Positions 55,562 through 64,000 of a stretch of DNA of 64,000 nucleotides are shown in pieces. This stretch comes from Terriglobales bacterium (GTDB lineage: Bacteria > Acidobacteriota > Terriglobia > Terriglobales > Acidobacteriaceae), in contig DATIYF010000017.1 in the NCBI GenBank assembly GCA_035517775.1, forward strand, positions 14,743 to 78,742, read 5' to 3'. Both the position numbers and the translations under genes were made by a program. Each line of letters begins with the position of its first letter. Positions within the stretch are counted from its first letter, which is position 1. Below the pieces are notes generated by a model, which saw only the letters and a program-made list of their open reading frames with translations, did no database searches and was not told the DNA's origin.

Positions 55562-57262
55562 TCATGTTTGCAGCACTCCGACTTTGAACTCGGGGACGTC
55601 GGGGTTGAGGGCGGCCGCTTCCAGAGCCTGAGTAATGGCGGCGCGGGTCTCCAGGGGATCAATGATCTTGTCAATCCACAGGCGGGCGGCGCCGTAGCGC
55701 GGGTCGGTTTGCTCGTCGTAAGTTTTTTTAACCGACTCGTAGAGCTCTTTCCTTTCTTCTTCGCTGAGTGTCTTACCGCCGCGCTCGAGCTGGCGAACCT
55801 TGATCTCGAGCAGCGTGCCGGCGGCGGAATCGCCGCTCATGACGGCGTAGCGGGCGGTGGGCCAGGCGAAGACGAAGCGCGGATCGTAAGCCTTGCCGCA
55901 CATGGCGTAGTGCCCCGCGCCAAACGATCCGCCAATGATGACGGTGATCTTGGGCACCACCGAATTGGAAACCGCGTTCACCATTTTTGCGCCGGCCTTG
56001 ATGATGCCGCTCCATTCGGCGTCGCGGCCCACCATGAAGCCGTTCACGTCGTGAAAGAAAACCAGGGGGACCAGGTTCTGGTTGCAGTCCATGATGAAGC
56101 GGGCGGCCTTCTCGGCGGATTCGGTGTAGATGACGCCGCCAAATTCCAGGCGCTTGTGGCCTTCGTGATCGGTCTGCTGGGCGTGCAGCTTCTGGTTGGC
56201 GACAATGCCCACGGCGAAGCCGCCGATGCGGGCGTAGCCGCAGATGAGAGTCTTGCCGTATTCGGGCTTGTATTCGTCGAAGTGGCTGCCATCCACGATG
56301 CGGGTGAGAATTTCCTTCATGTCGTAAGGGCGGGCGGAAGAGGAATCATAGACGCCGTAAATTTCCTCGGCGGCGAACTTGGGGTCCACGGGCTTGCGCC
56401 GGTCCCAGGGCGACTGGCGGCGGTATCCCCATTTTTCGACGATGGCGCGCAGCCGCTGAATGCAAGCTTGGTCGCCGGTTTCGTGGAAATCCACGGTGCC
56501 GCTGATGGCGGAGTGCATGGCGGCGCCGCCCAGTTCTTCGGCGGAAACTTTTTGCCCAATGGCGGCCTGCACCAGAGCCGGCCCGGCGAGAAACAGGCCG
56601 CTGCCATCGGTCATGAGGATGTGATCGCACATCACCGGCAGGTAACCGCCGCCGGCGACGCACATGCCCATGATGGCGGCAACCTGCGAAATTCCCATGG
56701 CCGACATGACGGCGTTGTTGCGGAAGACGCGGCCAAAGTCATCGGTATCGGGAAAGACGTCTTCCTGCAGGGGAAGAAAGACGCCGGCAGAATCCACGAG
56801 GTAAATCGTGGGGATGCGGTTTTCGATGGCGATATTCTGCGCGCGGATGACCTTCTTCGAGGTCATGGGAAAAAAGGCGCCGGCTTTGACCGTAGCGTCA
56901 TTGGCGATGATCATGACCAGGCGGGTAAAGATCCGGGCCAGGCCGGTGATGACGCCGGCGGCGGGAGCGCCGCCCCAGTCTTCGTACATGCCGTGCGCGG
57001 CGTAGAGGCCAAGCTCGAAGAACGTTCCGGGATCGGCCAGCAGCTCGATGCGCTCGCGGGCAGTGAGGCGGCCTTTGCCGTGCTGGCTCTCGATGGCCTT
57101 GGGGCCGCCGCCCTCGCGAATCTTTTCTTCTTCGTTGCGCACCTGCGAGACCAGGTCGGCCAGGAAGCGCATGTTGGCCTCGAAGCGGGCGGAGGTGGGG
57201 TCCACGCGCGATTCGAGGACCGGGGAAGGCGCGGGCGGATTAGGTTCAGTGCGTTCGGCCAT
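55562..57262 (-). CDS. acyl-CoA carboxylase carboxyltransferase (beta) subunit, methylcrotonoyl-CoA carboxylase-like
   Basis: Two carboxyltransferase halves: GGGPKAIESQHGKGRLTARERI... and ...GGSFGAGHYAMCG. Start at ATG 57262 (MAERTEPN) rather than the ORF-track 57283. Confidence 0.92.
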   Translation of the reverse strand: MAERTEPNPPAPSPVLESRVDPTSARFEANMRFLADLVSQVRNEEEKIREGGGPKAIESQHGKGRLTARERIELLADPGTFFELGLYAAHGMYEDWGGAPAAGVITGLARIFTRLVMIIANDATVKAGAFFPMTSKKVIRAQNIAIENRIPTIYLVDSAGVFLPLQEDVFPDTDDFGRVFRNNAVMSAMGISQVAAIMGMCVAGGGYLPVMCDHILMTDGSGLFLAGPALVQAAIGQKVSAEELGGAAMHSAISGTVDFHETGDQACIQRLRAIVEKWGYRRQSPWDRRKPVDPKFAAEEIYGVYDSSSARPYDMKEILTRIVDGSHFDEYKPEYGKTLICGYARIGGFAVGIVANQKLHAQQTDHEGHKRLEFGGVIYTESAEKAARFIMDCNQNLVPLVFFHDVNGFMVGRDAEWSGIIKAGAKMVNAVSNSVVPKITVIIGGSFGAGHYAMCGKAYDPRFVFAWPTARYAVMSGDSAAGTLLEIKVRQLERGGKTLSEEERKELYESVKKTYDEQTDPRYGAARLWIDKIIDPLETRAAITQALEAAALNPDVPEFKVGVLQT

Positions 57263-57438
57263 GAGCGGTCGCCGGGGAACCAATTACGGTATATCAGGGC
57301 CGAGAGGGCGCGCAATTGGGATGTTGGGGGGCGATTTGAGAGTCCTCGCTTTAACGGGGTGCCCGATGGCACGATGGGCGTTTGATCTAGAAGCGCAAAC
57401 GACCGCGCGAATCCTCAGCCGATTCGATGACAAAAGCG

Positions 57439-57714
57439 TCAGATCTTCTTGGCGGTGTCCTTGCACGCTCCATAGAATTCCTCCCGTGTGAATCCGGTTT
57501 GCCTGATCATGCGCTTCAGAAGTGTCTGGTCAAATTCAGCATAATCGTCAACTGGAACTAGTCTTCTTTGATTTGTGGGACTTGACGGAAGCGCAGCATC
57601 CGCTGGCCGCTCCCAGCACTCGTGATCACCATGGCGTACCGGCGTGAATCCGAGTTCAGTCAGGATGGCAATTACTTGAGTGCGTTTTAAGGGCGGGTAT
57701 CTTCGCTTCCCCAT
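57439..57714 (-). CDS. HicA-like toxin (YcfA/HicA family) with C-terminal extension
   Basis: LKRTQVIAILTELGFTPVRHGDHECWERP resembles the HicA dsRBD-like motif (L.. .V...L...GF...R..GSH). 91 aa. AT-richer than its neighbours. Confidence 0.6.
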   Translation of the reverse strand: MGKRRYPPLKRTQVIAILTELGFTPVRHGDHECWERPADAALPSSPTNQRRLVPVDDYAEFDQTLLKRMIRQTGFTREEFYGACKDTAKKI

Positions 57715-57717
57715 GCC

Positions 57718-58191
57718 TCAGCATCGAGAAAGCTTTATCGCGCCTAGACTCGTAATGTGGTGGTCGGAGCGTTTATCGTGCTTCGAGAATAAGCTTCGTA
57801 AACGACAAACAATCGTGTGCAGGTAATATCTTGCCCAACTTGACCACGGAGCCGGACGCGGAATAAGCCCCTCGCTCGATTCCTTCGAGAGGACTGTAGC
57901 AATGTACCAATACACATCTTCTTGGAGCCTTGCGATGGCTTCTTCAGGCGTGTCGCCTCTCGTGATGATGTCGAGGTCTAGGCACTCTGCATAGATATTT
58001 TTCTGCTTCCGATACCAGAAGCATCGAAGGGGAAGAATCTGACCATGTGAGCACTGCAAGATTGGCGTACCGATCAGATAGTCGCCACACTGCGGGCAGC
58101 GCCTTACGGTACGCAGGAGCGTGCGCAACTCTTCTTCGGAAGCGGCTCGCTTCCCATCTACGCTTGGAAGTGTGCTTGAGGATGCCATCAC
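57718..58191 (-). CDS. HicB-like antitoxin with N-terminal zinc-ribbon-like segment
   Basis: YAECLDLDIITRGDTPEEAIARLQEDVYWYI resembles the HicB N-terminal fold. CPQCGDY...CSHG lies upstream. Its stop is 3 nt before the HicA-like start. Confidence 0.55.
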   Translation of the reverse strand: MMASSSTLPSVDGKRAASEEELRTLLRTVRRCPQCGDYLIGTPILQCSHGQILPLRCFWYRKQKNIYAECLDLDIITRGDTPEEAIARLQEDVYWYIATVLSKESSEGLIPRPAPWSSWARYYLHTIVCRLRSLFSKHDKRSDHHITSLGAIKLSRC

Positions 58192-58474
58192 GTCAACTCG
58201 GGCCAGGGGGAAGTTCCATCAAGGCGCGCTAGCGAACAAAGTTTAGCACCATTGTCAAGGACGGTCTTCGTCACCTGCAACGTCTATCTTAATAGACGGG
58301 GTTACCAAGGGGAAGGTTGCAAACATCGAACGGCTGGAAATCTGTGCTGATACGGGAATATGTCCCTTGACGTGCTACCGCGACTTTAGCGCTAGACTCG
58401 ATATTCCGCCGTAGCCCGCCCCCCATCGCCATACAAGATATGTGTCGTGTAGAGCTGGCATGTGGCGGTGCCCT

Positions 58475-58894
58475 TCACCCGGCGGTGGGAAGGCCGCGCG
58501 GCTTCACATGGCCGCGGATGAATTGGACGATTTCGTCCATGGCGGTGCCGGGCTGGAAGATGGCGGCGACGCCGGCCTGCTTGAGTCCGGCGATATCCTG
58601 GTCGGGAATGATGCCGCCGACGATGACCATCACGTCCTCCATTTTGTTCTGGCGAAGCAGATCCATGACCCGGGGGACGATGGCGTTGTGGGCGCCAGAG
58701 AGAATGGAGAGGCCGATGACGTGGACGTCTTCCTGCAGGGCGGCGCTGACCACCATCTCGGGGGTCTGGCGCAGGCCGGTGTAGATGACTTCCATGCCGG
58801 CATCGCGCAGGGCGCGGGCGATGACCTTGGCGCCGCGGTCGTGGCCGTCGAGACCGGGCTTGGCCACCAGCACGCGGATCTTCGGGGCGGACAT
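58475..58894 (-). CDS. cobalamin-binding domain subunit of an acyl-CoA mutase (methylmalonyl-/isobutyryl-CoA mutase small subunit type)
   Basis: [35 protein letters not shown] carries the DxHxxG B12-binding motif. 139 aa. Confidence 0.9.
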   Translation of the reverse strand: MSAPKIRVLVAKPGLDGHDRGAKVIARALRDAGMEVIYTGLRQTPEMVVSAALQEDVHVIGLSILSGAHNAIVPRVMDLLRQNKMEDVMVIVGGIIPDQDIAGLKQAGVAAIFQPGTAMDEIVQFIRGHVKPRGLPTAG

Positions 58895-58903
58895 CAGGAA
58901 TCA

Positions 58904-59022
58904 TTTAACCACAGCGGGTGAGCTTTTAACCACGGAGACACGGAGGAAAGGCTTTAACCACGAAGGGCACGAAGGTACACGAAGGAAGAACCTTTTAGCC
59001 ACGGAGGCACGGCGGCGGGGCC
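58904..59022 (+). repeat. cluster of four tandem degenerate TTTAACCAC-(CRRAGG)n units
   Basis: tttaaccacagcggg..., ttttaaccacggagacacggaggaaagg, tttaaccacgaagggcacgaaggtacacgaaggaag, ttttagccacggaggcacggcggcgggg. The third unit matches the reverse complement of 50452..50480 at 27/29 positions by my alignment. Confidence 0.7.
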
Positions 59023-59040
59023 TTGAGTAGGGAGTAATAC

Positions 59041-59058
59041 GTGGCGCTGAAGCGCCAC
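59041..59058. repeat. GC-rich hairpin GTGGCGC-tgaa-GCGCCAC followed by ...CCACGGTGGC (REP-like, related to 48973)
   Basis: Read directly. Confidence 0.45.
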
Positions 59059-59190
59059 GCTTCCACGGTGGCCGGGACTTCCGTCTGGGGCCTAAACTTC
59101 CTGGCGGAGAAGGCGTCTGCGCCTAATAGCACGAAGCGAGCCAGTCACCACCAGGCTTCAAGCAGCAAGGGCACGAAGGAAACGAGGAGG

Positions 59191-59790
59191 CTACATGGTT
59201 TTGACGTCGAGGCTTCTCCACAGATACCAGCAGGCCACGCTGCGATAGGGTTCCCAGCATTTGGCGATTTTTTCCATTTGCGCGGGCCTGGGCAGCTTGC
59301 GTTTGCGGTAGTGCTTGCGGATAGCGCTCTGCACGCCGAAATCGCCGGTGGGCAGCACATTCGGGCGGCGCAGGGTGAAGATGAGAAACATGTGGGCGGT
59401 CCAGACGCCGACGCCTTTGACCTGGGTGAGGTGCTGGATGACCTCGTCGTCGGACATCTGGGACAGGCGGGAGAAGTCGAGCTCGCCGCGGGCGGCGCGC
59501 TCGGCCATATCTTTCAGGTATGACGATTTTTGCTTGGAGAGGCCGACGGAGCGGAGCTGCGCGTCAGAGAGCTTGAGAATGCCTTCAGGCAGGACCGGGT
59601 CGCCGGCGAGGACGGTGAAGCGGTTGAAGATGGTCACTGCGGCCTTGCCGTTGAGCTGCTGGTAGACAATGGCCTCGGCCAGGCTGTGGAACTCGGGCGG
59701 GCCGTACTCGATTTTGTAAGGGCCGACGCGCTCGATGATGGCGCGCAGAATGGGGTCAGACTTTTTGAGATGAAGAATGGCTTTCCGCAT
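59191..59790 (-). CDS. DNA-3-methyladenine glycosylase II / HhH-GPD family base-excision glycosylase
   Basis: HhH motif LTQVKGVGVWTAHMFLIF and catalytic-Asp context VLPTGDFGVQ. Start at ATG 59790 (MRKAILHLKK) rather than the ORF-track 59889. Confidence 0.85.
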   Translation of the reverse strand: MRKAILHLKKSDPILRAIIERVGPYKIEYGPPEFHSLAEAIVYQQLNGKAAVTIFNRFTVLAGDPVLPEGILKLSDAQLRSVGLSKQKSSYLKDMAERAARGELDFSRLSQMSDDEVIQHLTQVKGVGVWTAHMFLIFTLRRPNVLPTGDFGVQSAIRKHYRKRKLPRPAQMEKIAKCWEPYRSVACWYLWRSLDVKTM

Positions 59791-59922
59791 GCGAAGGTTT
59801 GACGAAAGTCCAAGAGCGAGGATAGCACGGCGCGGGGCGGCGCGCCGGTGGTGGGAAGGGCGAGGCTGAAGGCGCGTTGGCCTTGCCAAGCAAGTCAGTT
59901 TGATGTTGGCTGCGCGCGTGCC

Positions 59923-60237
59923 TTATGCCCGCCACTTATTGACATAAGGCAGCACGAACAAGTACAGGCCGGTCAGCAGGAGGAAGGCAAGGATGCCTAC
60001 TGCCGACAGGCCCAGCCTCTTGTTGTATTTCCCCTCAACCACGGTAATGCCGTTGACGATAACCGCCAGGGTGAAAACGATGGACAGCCAGCGGTGGCTC
60101 TGCCGAATCCATTTGCTCCAGTTCAATTGAACCTCCTCCGCCAGTGACGAATGCCAAAATGCTCTGCCAGTGGTTCCGGCAAAGCTTCGCAAGTCACTTA
60201 CATATTCGGCACGGATTGTAATCGGCAAGCCGCACAT
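59923..60237 (-). CDS. small hypothetical membrane protein (two TM helices)
   Basis: WLSIVFTLAVIVNGITVV and LSAVGILAFLLLTGLYLFVL. The start codon is uncertain. Confidence 0.45.
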   Translation of the reverse strand: MCGLPITIRAEYVSDLRSFAGTTGRAFWHSSLAEEVQLNWSKWIRQSHRWLSIVFTLAVIVNGITVVEGKYNKRLGLSAVGILAFLLLTGLYLFVLPYVNKWRA

Positions 60238-60317
60238 TGCAAGCAGCTTTCAGGGTGGCAGAATCTCCTGGAGATGGCAGTCACATTCAAGTGTCCATCA
60301 GAGTTATGCAGGGACAG

Positions 60318-61337
60318 CTAAGAGAGGTAGTGCACGGTCTGCTCGATCAGGCTGGCGGTGCCCTGGTAAGGATCGCCGGGGCGGTCCCACTCCATCGACA
60401 AGTAGCCCTTGTAGCCGTGCTGTTTGAGATAGCCGAAGGTCCTGGCCATATCCACGTGAACGGTTTGGCCGTTATCGGCGACTTCGGCGTCCTTCACATG
60501 GCAGATGCAATAAGCGTGGGCGAACATGGCGTCAATTCCGCGATAGGCGTAGTCGGGGTCGTGATGGGCGAGGGTATTGCAGAAATCGGGCAGGGCGTGC
60601 AGCCAGGGGCTGTTGATTTTTTCGATGAGCTGAACCAGAAAAAACGGGTCTTCGCTGAGAGGATTATCGTTTTCGAGATTGACGACGACGTTTCTGGCGG
60701 CGGCGTAGCTGACGACTTGCTGAAGAGTTTGCGCCGTGAGAGCGAGATCGGGCTTGGCCTCGCCCGCGGGAGGAATGTTGGTGCGGATGCTGGGCGAGCC
60801 GATGGCCAGAGCGACATCCACCCACTGCTTGCCGAAGGCGACGGCCTGGCGGCGCTCGGCGGCGTCGGCGGAGTAGGGGCTGTGCTCGCCATCCACGGCG
60901 ATGTTGGCGGCTTTGACGCCGGCGCCGGCGGCGGCGAACCGGAACTGCTCGAGGTACTCGGGATCGAGCGAGGCGAAGTGCGCGCTCCAGGGCTCAATCT
61001 TGTTGACGTTGAATTTTGCCGGGATCTGCGCGGCGAAATCTTTGAGGTCCATGGGGCGGGAGGCGGAGGAGTCAGGGCCAACGATGAAATTCCGAAACGG
61101 ATAGGAGGCGACGGCGATGCGCTGGCGGGGCGCGGAAGGGAATTGCAGGTTGGGGCCGGCGGAGGATGCGGCCTGCGCCGAACCGGAGGCCAGCCATGCT
61201 CCTGCTGCCGCGCCGGCACAGTGCCCCAAGAAACGTCTGCGAGTGACGCCTGCCACGAAGGCCAGTGTAGCAAAGCGGGCGGAGGCGGGGACCGGAAAAG
61301 CAAACAGCAAAACTCTGGTCGTGGGACTTCGGGTCAA
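60318..61337 (-). CDS. Tat-exported sugar phosphate isomerase/epimerase (xylose-isomerase-like TIM barrel)
   Basis: Twin-arginine signal TRRRFLGHCAGAAAGAWLASGSAQA. TIM-barrel family pattern VVNLENDNP...HVKD...YLSMEWD. Confidence 0.8.
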   Translation of the reverse strand: MTRSPTTRVLLFAFPVPASARFATLAFVAGVTRRRFLGHCAGAAAGAWLASGSAQAASSAGPNLQFPSAPRQRIAVASYPFRNFIVGPDSSASRPMDLKDFAAQIPAKFNVNKIEPWSAHFASLDPEYLEQFRFAAAGAGVKAANIAVDGEHSPYSADAAERRQAVAFGKQWVDVALAIGSPSIRTNIPPAGEAKPDLALTAQTLQQVVSYAAARNVVVNLENDNPLSEDPFFLVQLIEKINSPWLHALPDFCNTLAHHDPDYAYRGIDAMFAHAYCICHVKDAEVADNGQTVHVDMARTFGYLKQHGYKGYLSMEWDRPGDPYQGTASLIEQTVHYLS

Positions 61338-61372
61338 GTGCGGCGCGGCGCGTCCCGATATAATTTGAGGCA

Positions 61373-62545
61373 GTGGCTACGGTTGAAATTGCCAAACGCG
61401 CGGCGACGCGCCCTACCTGGGCTGAAGTTTCTCTCGGCAACCTGAAGCACAACTTCCGCGCGGTGCAAAAGCATGCGGGCAAGGCCGTGGAAGTGTGCGC
61501 CGTGGTGAAGGCCGACGCCTACGGCCACGGTGCGGTGCAATGCGCGCGGGCGCTGGAGGAAGAAGGCGCGCGCTGGCAAGGCGTGACCTCGCTGGACGAA
61601 GCGATTCCGCTGCGCGAGGCGGGCATTCGCGGCCGCCTGCTGCTGATGACCGGCTTCTGGCGCGGGGAAGAAGAAGAGATTGTGCGGCTGGGCCTGACGC
61701 CAACGGTGTGGGAGCCGGGCCAGATCGAGCTGCTGGAGAGAGCGGCCGGGGCGCTGGGCGTGGCCAGTCATGCCATCCATCTGAAGGTGGATACGGGCAT
61801 GGGGCGGCTGGGCGCGGTGGTTGAGGACGTGCCAAAGATCATCGCCGCGTTGCAGGCGGCCCCGCATCTTGTTGTCGAGGGCCTGGCCACGCACCTGGCA
61901 TCTTCCGAGGTACTGGATGCGCCTTCGGTGCCGCAGCAGCTGGCGTGCTTTGAAGAGGCGCGGAAGCTTCTGGGGCAAGCGGGCTATGCTCCACCGCTGA
62001 TTCACGCCGCCAACACTTCGGCGGTGATTTCGCGGCGCGAAGCGCTATACCACATGGTGCGTCCGGGGCTGGCGCTGTATGGCTATTACCTGCCGTTTGA
62101 GCGCGCGGGCAGGGAAGTGAGCGGCAAGGAGCTGCGGTTGCCGGTGAAGCCGGTGCTGACCTGGAAGACCCGGATTCTTTCGCTGCGCGAGGTGCGGGCC
62201 AACCAGGCGTTAGGCTATGGGGGAACCTACGTTACGAAAGCTCCGGCGCGGATTGCGATTCTGCCCGTGGGTTACGCCGATGGATTGAATCGCGGCTTGT
62301 CATCGCGCGGGCGAGTGATCGTGCGCGAACACTATGCGCCGATTGTGGGCCGCATCTCGATGGACCTCACGCTTGCGGATGTGACCGGCCTGCCCGGAGT
62401 CGCGGTGGGAGATGAGGTGATTCTGCTGGGCTCGCACGACGGCCTGAGCATGGATGCGCGCGAGCACGCCTCGCTGGCCAATACCGTGGCGTATGAAATT
62501 CTGTGCGCAATTTCGAAGCGGGTGCCAAGGAAGTACGGCAGTTAG
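61373..62545 (+). CDS. alr: alanine racemase
   Basis: PLP-lysine motif AVVKADAYGHGA, later PVGYADG and RISMD. GTG start. Confidence 0.93.
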   Translation: MATVEIAKRAATRPTWAEVSLGNLKHNFRAVQKHAGKAVEVCAVVKADAYGHGAVQCARALEEEGARWQGVTSLDEAIPLREAGIRGRLLLMTGFWRGEEEEIVRLGLTPTVWEPGQIELLERAAGALGVASHAIHLKVDTGMGRLGAVVEDVPKIIAALQAAPHLVVEGLATHLASSEVLDAPSVPQQLACFEEARKLLGQAGYAPPLIHAANTSAVISRREALYHMVRPGLALYGYYLPFERAGREVSGKELRLPVKPVLTWKTRILSLREVRANQALGYGGTYVTKAPARIAILPVGYADGLNRGLSSRGRVIVREHYAPIVGRISMDLTLADVTGLPGVAVGDEVILLGSHDGLSMDAREHASLANTVAYEILCAISKRVPRKYGS

Positions 62546-62592
62546 CAATGGGCAATTGGCGCCCGGCCGGGCGTTCACACTGAGGCGCCACA

Positions 62593-63300
62593 TTACCATC
62601 CCATCCGGGTCATCCGTCCGAGGATAATTGTGCTGTAGTTGTTCATGCGCTCGGGACGCCGCTTCAACGGAGCCGGCAGAACTGCCGCGAGCCGCGCCGC
62701 CGGCTCGCGGCCAATATCCCGTGCTGGGGCAAGCCCGTAATAACGGCACGCCGCGTCCGCGCCATAAATGCCAGGACCCCACTCGACCACGTTGAGGTAA
62801 AGCTCCAGAATGCGCCGCTTGCCGAGAATTAATTCGGCCACCGGCACCAGCGACGCCTCGGCACCCTTGCGCAGGAACGAACGGCCGGTTCCGAAAAACA
62901 GGTTTTTTACCAGTTGCTGCGTAAGCGTGGAAGCTCCACGCATGCGATCGCCTTCCATATCCTCCTGGGCCGCGGTCTGGATCTGGCCCCAGTCGAAGCC
63001 ATGGTGCTGGTAGAAGCGCGAGTCCTCGGCGGCGATGACGGCGTGCTGCAGGTGAGGCGAGATTTGCCTGAGCGGAACGAATTCGTAATGCTCGCGATAG
63101 GGCTTGTGGTGAATCCAGGCCTGCAGGCGGCGTTGCATGTGTACCGCGGTGGTCGGAGGATCAACCCACCGGACCGTCACCAGCATCAGCGCTGCCAGCA
63201 ACCAGAGCAGCGCCGCGCCGATGACGAGCCATCGGATCAGACGCCGGAGCAGACCCTTCCGCCTTGGGGATTGGACAGGTATGGCGGGGAGTTCAGGCAC
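62593..63300 (-). CDS. mtgA: monofunctional biosynthetic peptidoglycan transglycosylase
   Basis: N-terminal TM helix. GT51 motifs AAEDSRFYQHHGFD, GASTLTQQLVKN, RILELYLNVVEWG. Confidence 0.92.
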   Translation of the reverse strand: MPELPAIPVQSPRRKGLLRRLIRWLVIGAALLWLLAALMLVTVRWVDPPTTAVHMQRRLQAWIHHKPYREHYEFVPLRQISPHLQHAVIAAEDSRFYQHHGFDWGQIQTAAQEDMEGDRMRGASTLTQQLVKNLFFGTGRSFLRKGAEASLVPVAELILGKRRILELYLNVVEWGPGIYGADAACRYYGLAPARDIGREPAARLAAVLPAPLKRRPERMNNYSTIILGRMTRMGW

Positions 63301-63497
63301 AATTCAGGATAATAGGATGCCCCGGTTTCTTTTTCGCGAAAAGCAAACCCGAGGGCGAGGCCGGTTCAAGCCCGAATTTGCTTGAGTGGTCAGGAAGAAA
63401 GTGCTTTCTGGTGTTGGTTCGCGTTTTCGTGCCGTCCATTCCGGCTTGATCTCGACTCGTCGCTCGCGCCGGAAAGAACAGCGGGTCCCTCCACTAC

Positions 63498-63525
63498 GCA
63501 GATCATCGCCTTGGCGATGATCTGC
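63498..63525. repeat. near-perfect 28-nt palindrome GCAGATCATCGCC-tt-GGCGATGATCTGC in a 446-nt intergenic region
   Basis: Read directly. Immediately followed by gcggtcgggatgacag (63527..63542), whose reverse complement ctgtcatcccgaccgc resembles ctgtcattccgagcgc at 42166..42181. Confidence 0.55.
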
Positions 63526-63746
63526 TGCGGTCGGGATGACAGAATTGGGGAATATGGCATTCCCGCTCAAGCCAAAACCGAGCTTGAGTGGGCCACTGGC
63601 CCAGCTGAGCCCCTGTTTCCGCCGAAGCGATGTTCTTCCCCTTTCGCCCGTTCGGGGCGGAATGCTGAGGGCTCAATGCTTGGTGCTGCATTTCAACGCC
63701 AACCGGTCATCATGCCAACCGCGCTCTTGTTATATTCGTCAACAGC

Positions 63747-64000
63747 ATGCCTTCCCGCTACGCGCAATGGATGTACGACTGGGAGACGCGGCTCACCTCG
63801 GTGGACAACAACCGGGTGGTGCGTCCGCTGGAGTGGGGCGTGGAGTGGGCGCGCGGCTGGCCTTGCCGCAACGGCTATGCCGCCGGCCACGTAGGCGAAG
63901 ATGCGGAGGAATTTCTTCGCGAGTACAACCAGCGCATCGTGGCCGCGAGCGACGAGTTTTACTCCTATGCCCGGCCAACCGACTTCCGCCTGGAGCGGCG
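63747..64000 (+). CDS. hypothetical protein, N-terminal fragment (continues beyond the window)
   Basis: ATG at 63747, open to the window end: MPSRYAQWMYDWETRLTSVDNNRVVRPLEWGVEW... I did not recognise a diagnostic motif. Confidence 0.45.
   Translation, partial: MPSRYAQWMYDWETRLTSVDNNRVVRPLEWGVEWARGWPCRNGYAAGHVGEDAEEFLREYNQRIVAASDEFYSYARPTDFRLER

Noticed and set aside
58904-59022. Tandem TTTAACCAC... units as a possible CRISPR array
   Set aside because: The units are degenerate and of unequal length (~20-40 nt), with no unique spacers between them and no cas genes in the window. Related single copies are scattered elsewhere.
62560-62573. Palindrome CGCCCGGCCGGGCG between convergent alr and mtgA as a bidirectional terminator
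   Set aside because: It has 7+7 nt with no loop and no flanking T/A runs, so it is too weak to call. Noted only.
1-64000. Prophage, integrative element, rRNA/tRNA genes or riboswitches
   Set aside because: No integrase, transposase, recombinase or phage structural genes were recognised. By-eye inspection of the longer intergenic regions gave no tRNA cloverleaf or known riboswitch core: 8769-9013, 12458-12744, 27007-27177, 44980-45378, 58192-58474 and 63301-63746. This is a weak negative without covariance-model scans.

Overview
High-GC chromosomal segment with about 52 protein-coding genes. I recognised no rRNA, tRNA, CRISPR array, transposase or integrase. The gene content suggests Acidobacteriota (inference only): a CarboxypepD_reg-type TonB-dependent receptor, giant FG-GAP/UnbV-ASPIC proteins, a Ser/Thr-kinase-STAND fusion and characteristic short intergenic repeats. 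The centrepiece is a co-directional 12-gene string at 13.6-24.4 kb, preceded by a TetR gene. It encodes a monoheme cytochrome fused to an outer-membrane beta-barrel (Cyc2-like), a diheme cytochrome c, an amicyanin-loop cupredoxin, and CoxB/CoxA. It continues with two subunit-III paralogs, subunit IV, a small CxxC membrane protein, heme O synthase, and two coiled-coil/SH3 paralogs. The order closely recalls the Acidithiobacillus ferrooxidans rus (iron oxidation) operon. I read it as a candidate outer-membrane-to-oxidase electron-uptake conduit. A second notable module (32.5-40.7 kb) encodes a membrane-anchored pentaheme cytochrome-TPR protein translationally coupled to two FG-GAP/UnbV-ASPIC proteins. 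Other content: tandem paralogous large FAD oxidoreductases, an STK-AAA-TPR kinase and GlnD. There is a partial leucine-catabolism cluster (MCC-beta, HMG-CoA lyase, enoyl-CoA hydratase, thioesterase), separated from an orphan B12-binding mutase subunit by an AT-richer HicBA-like islet. A VapBC module is bracketed by 46-nt direct repeats. Housekeeping genes include malQ, ppiD-like, hutH, alr and mtgA. At least three families of short dispersed intergenic repeats or hairpins are present. All functional calls come from motif recognition by eye; no database search was possible. Several ORF-track starts (GTG/TTG-extended) look over-called and are corrected where the sequence supports it.
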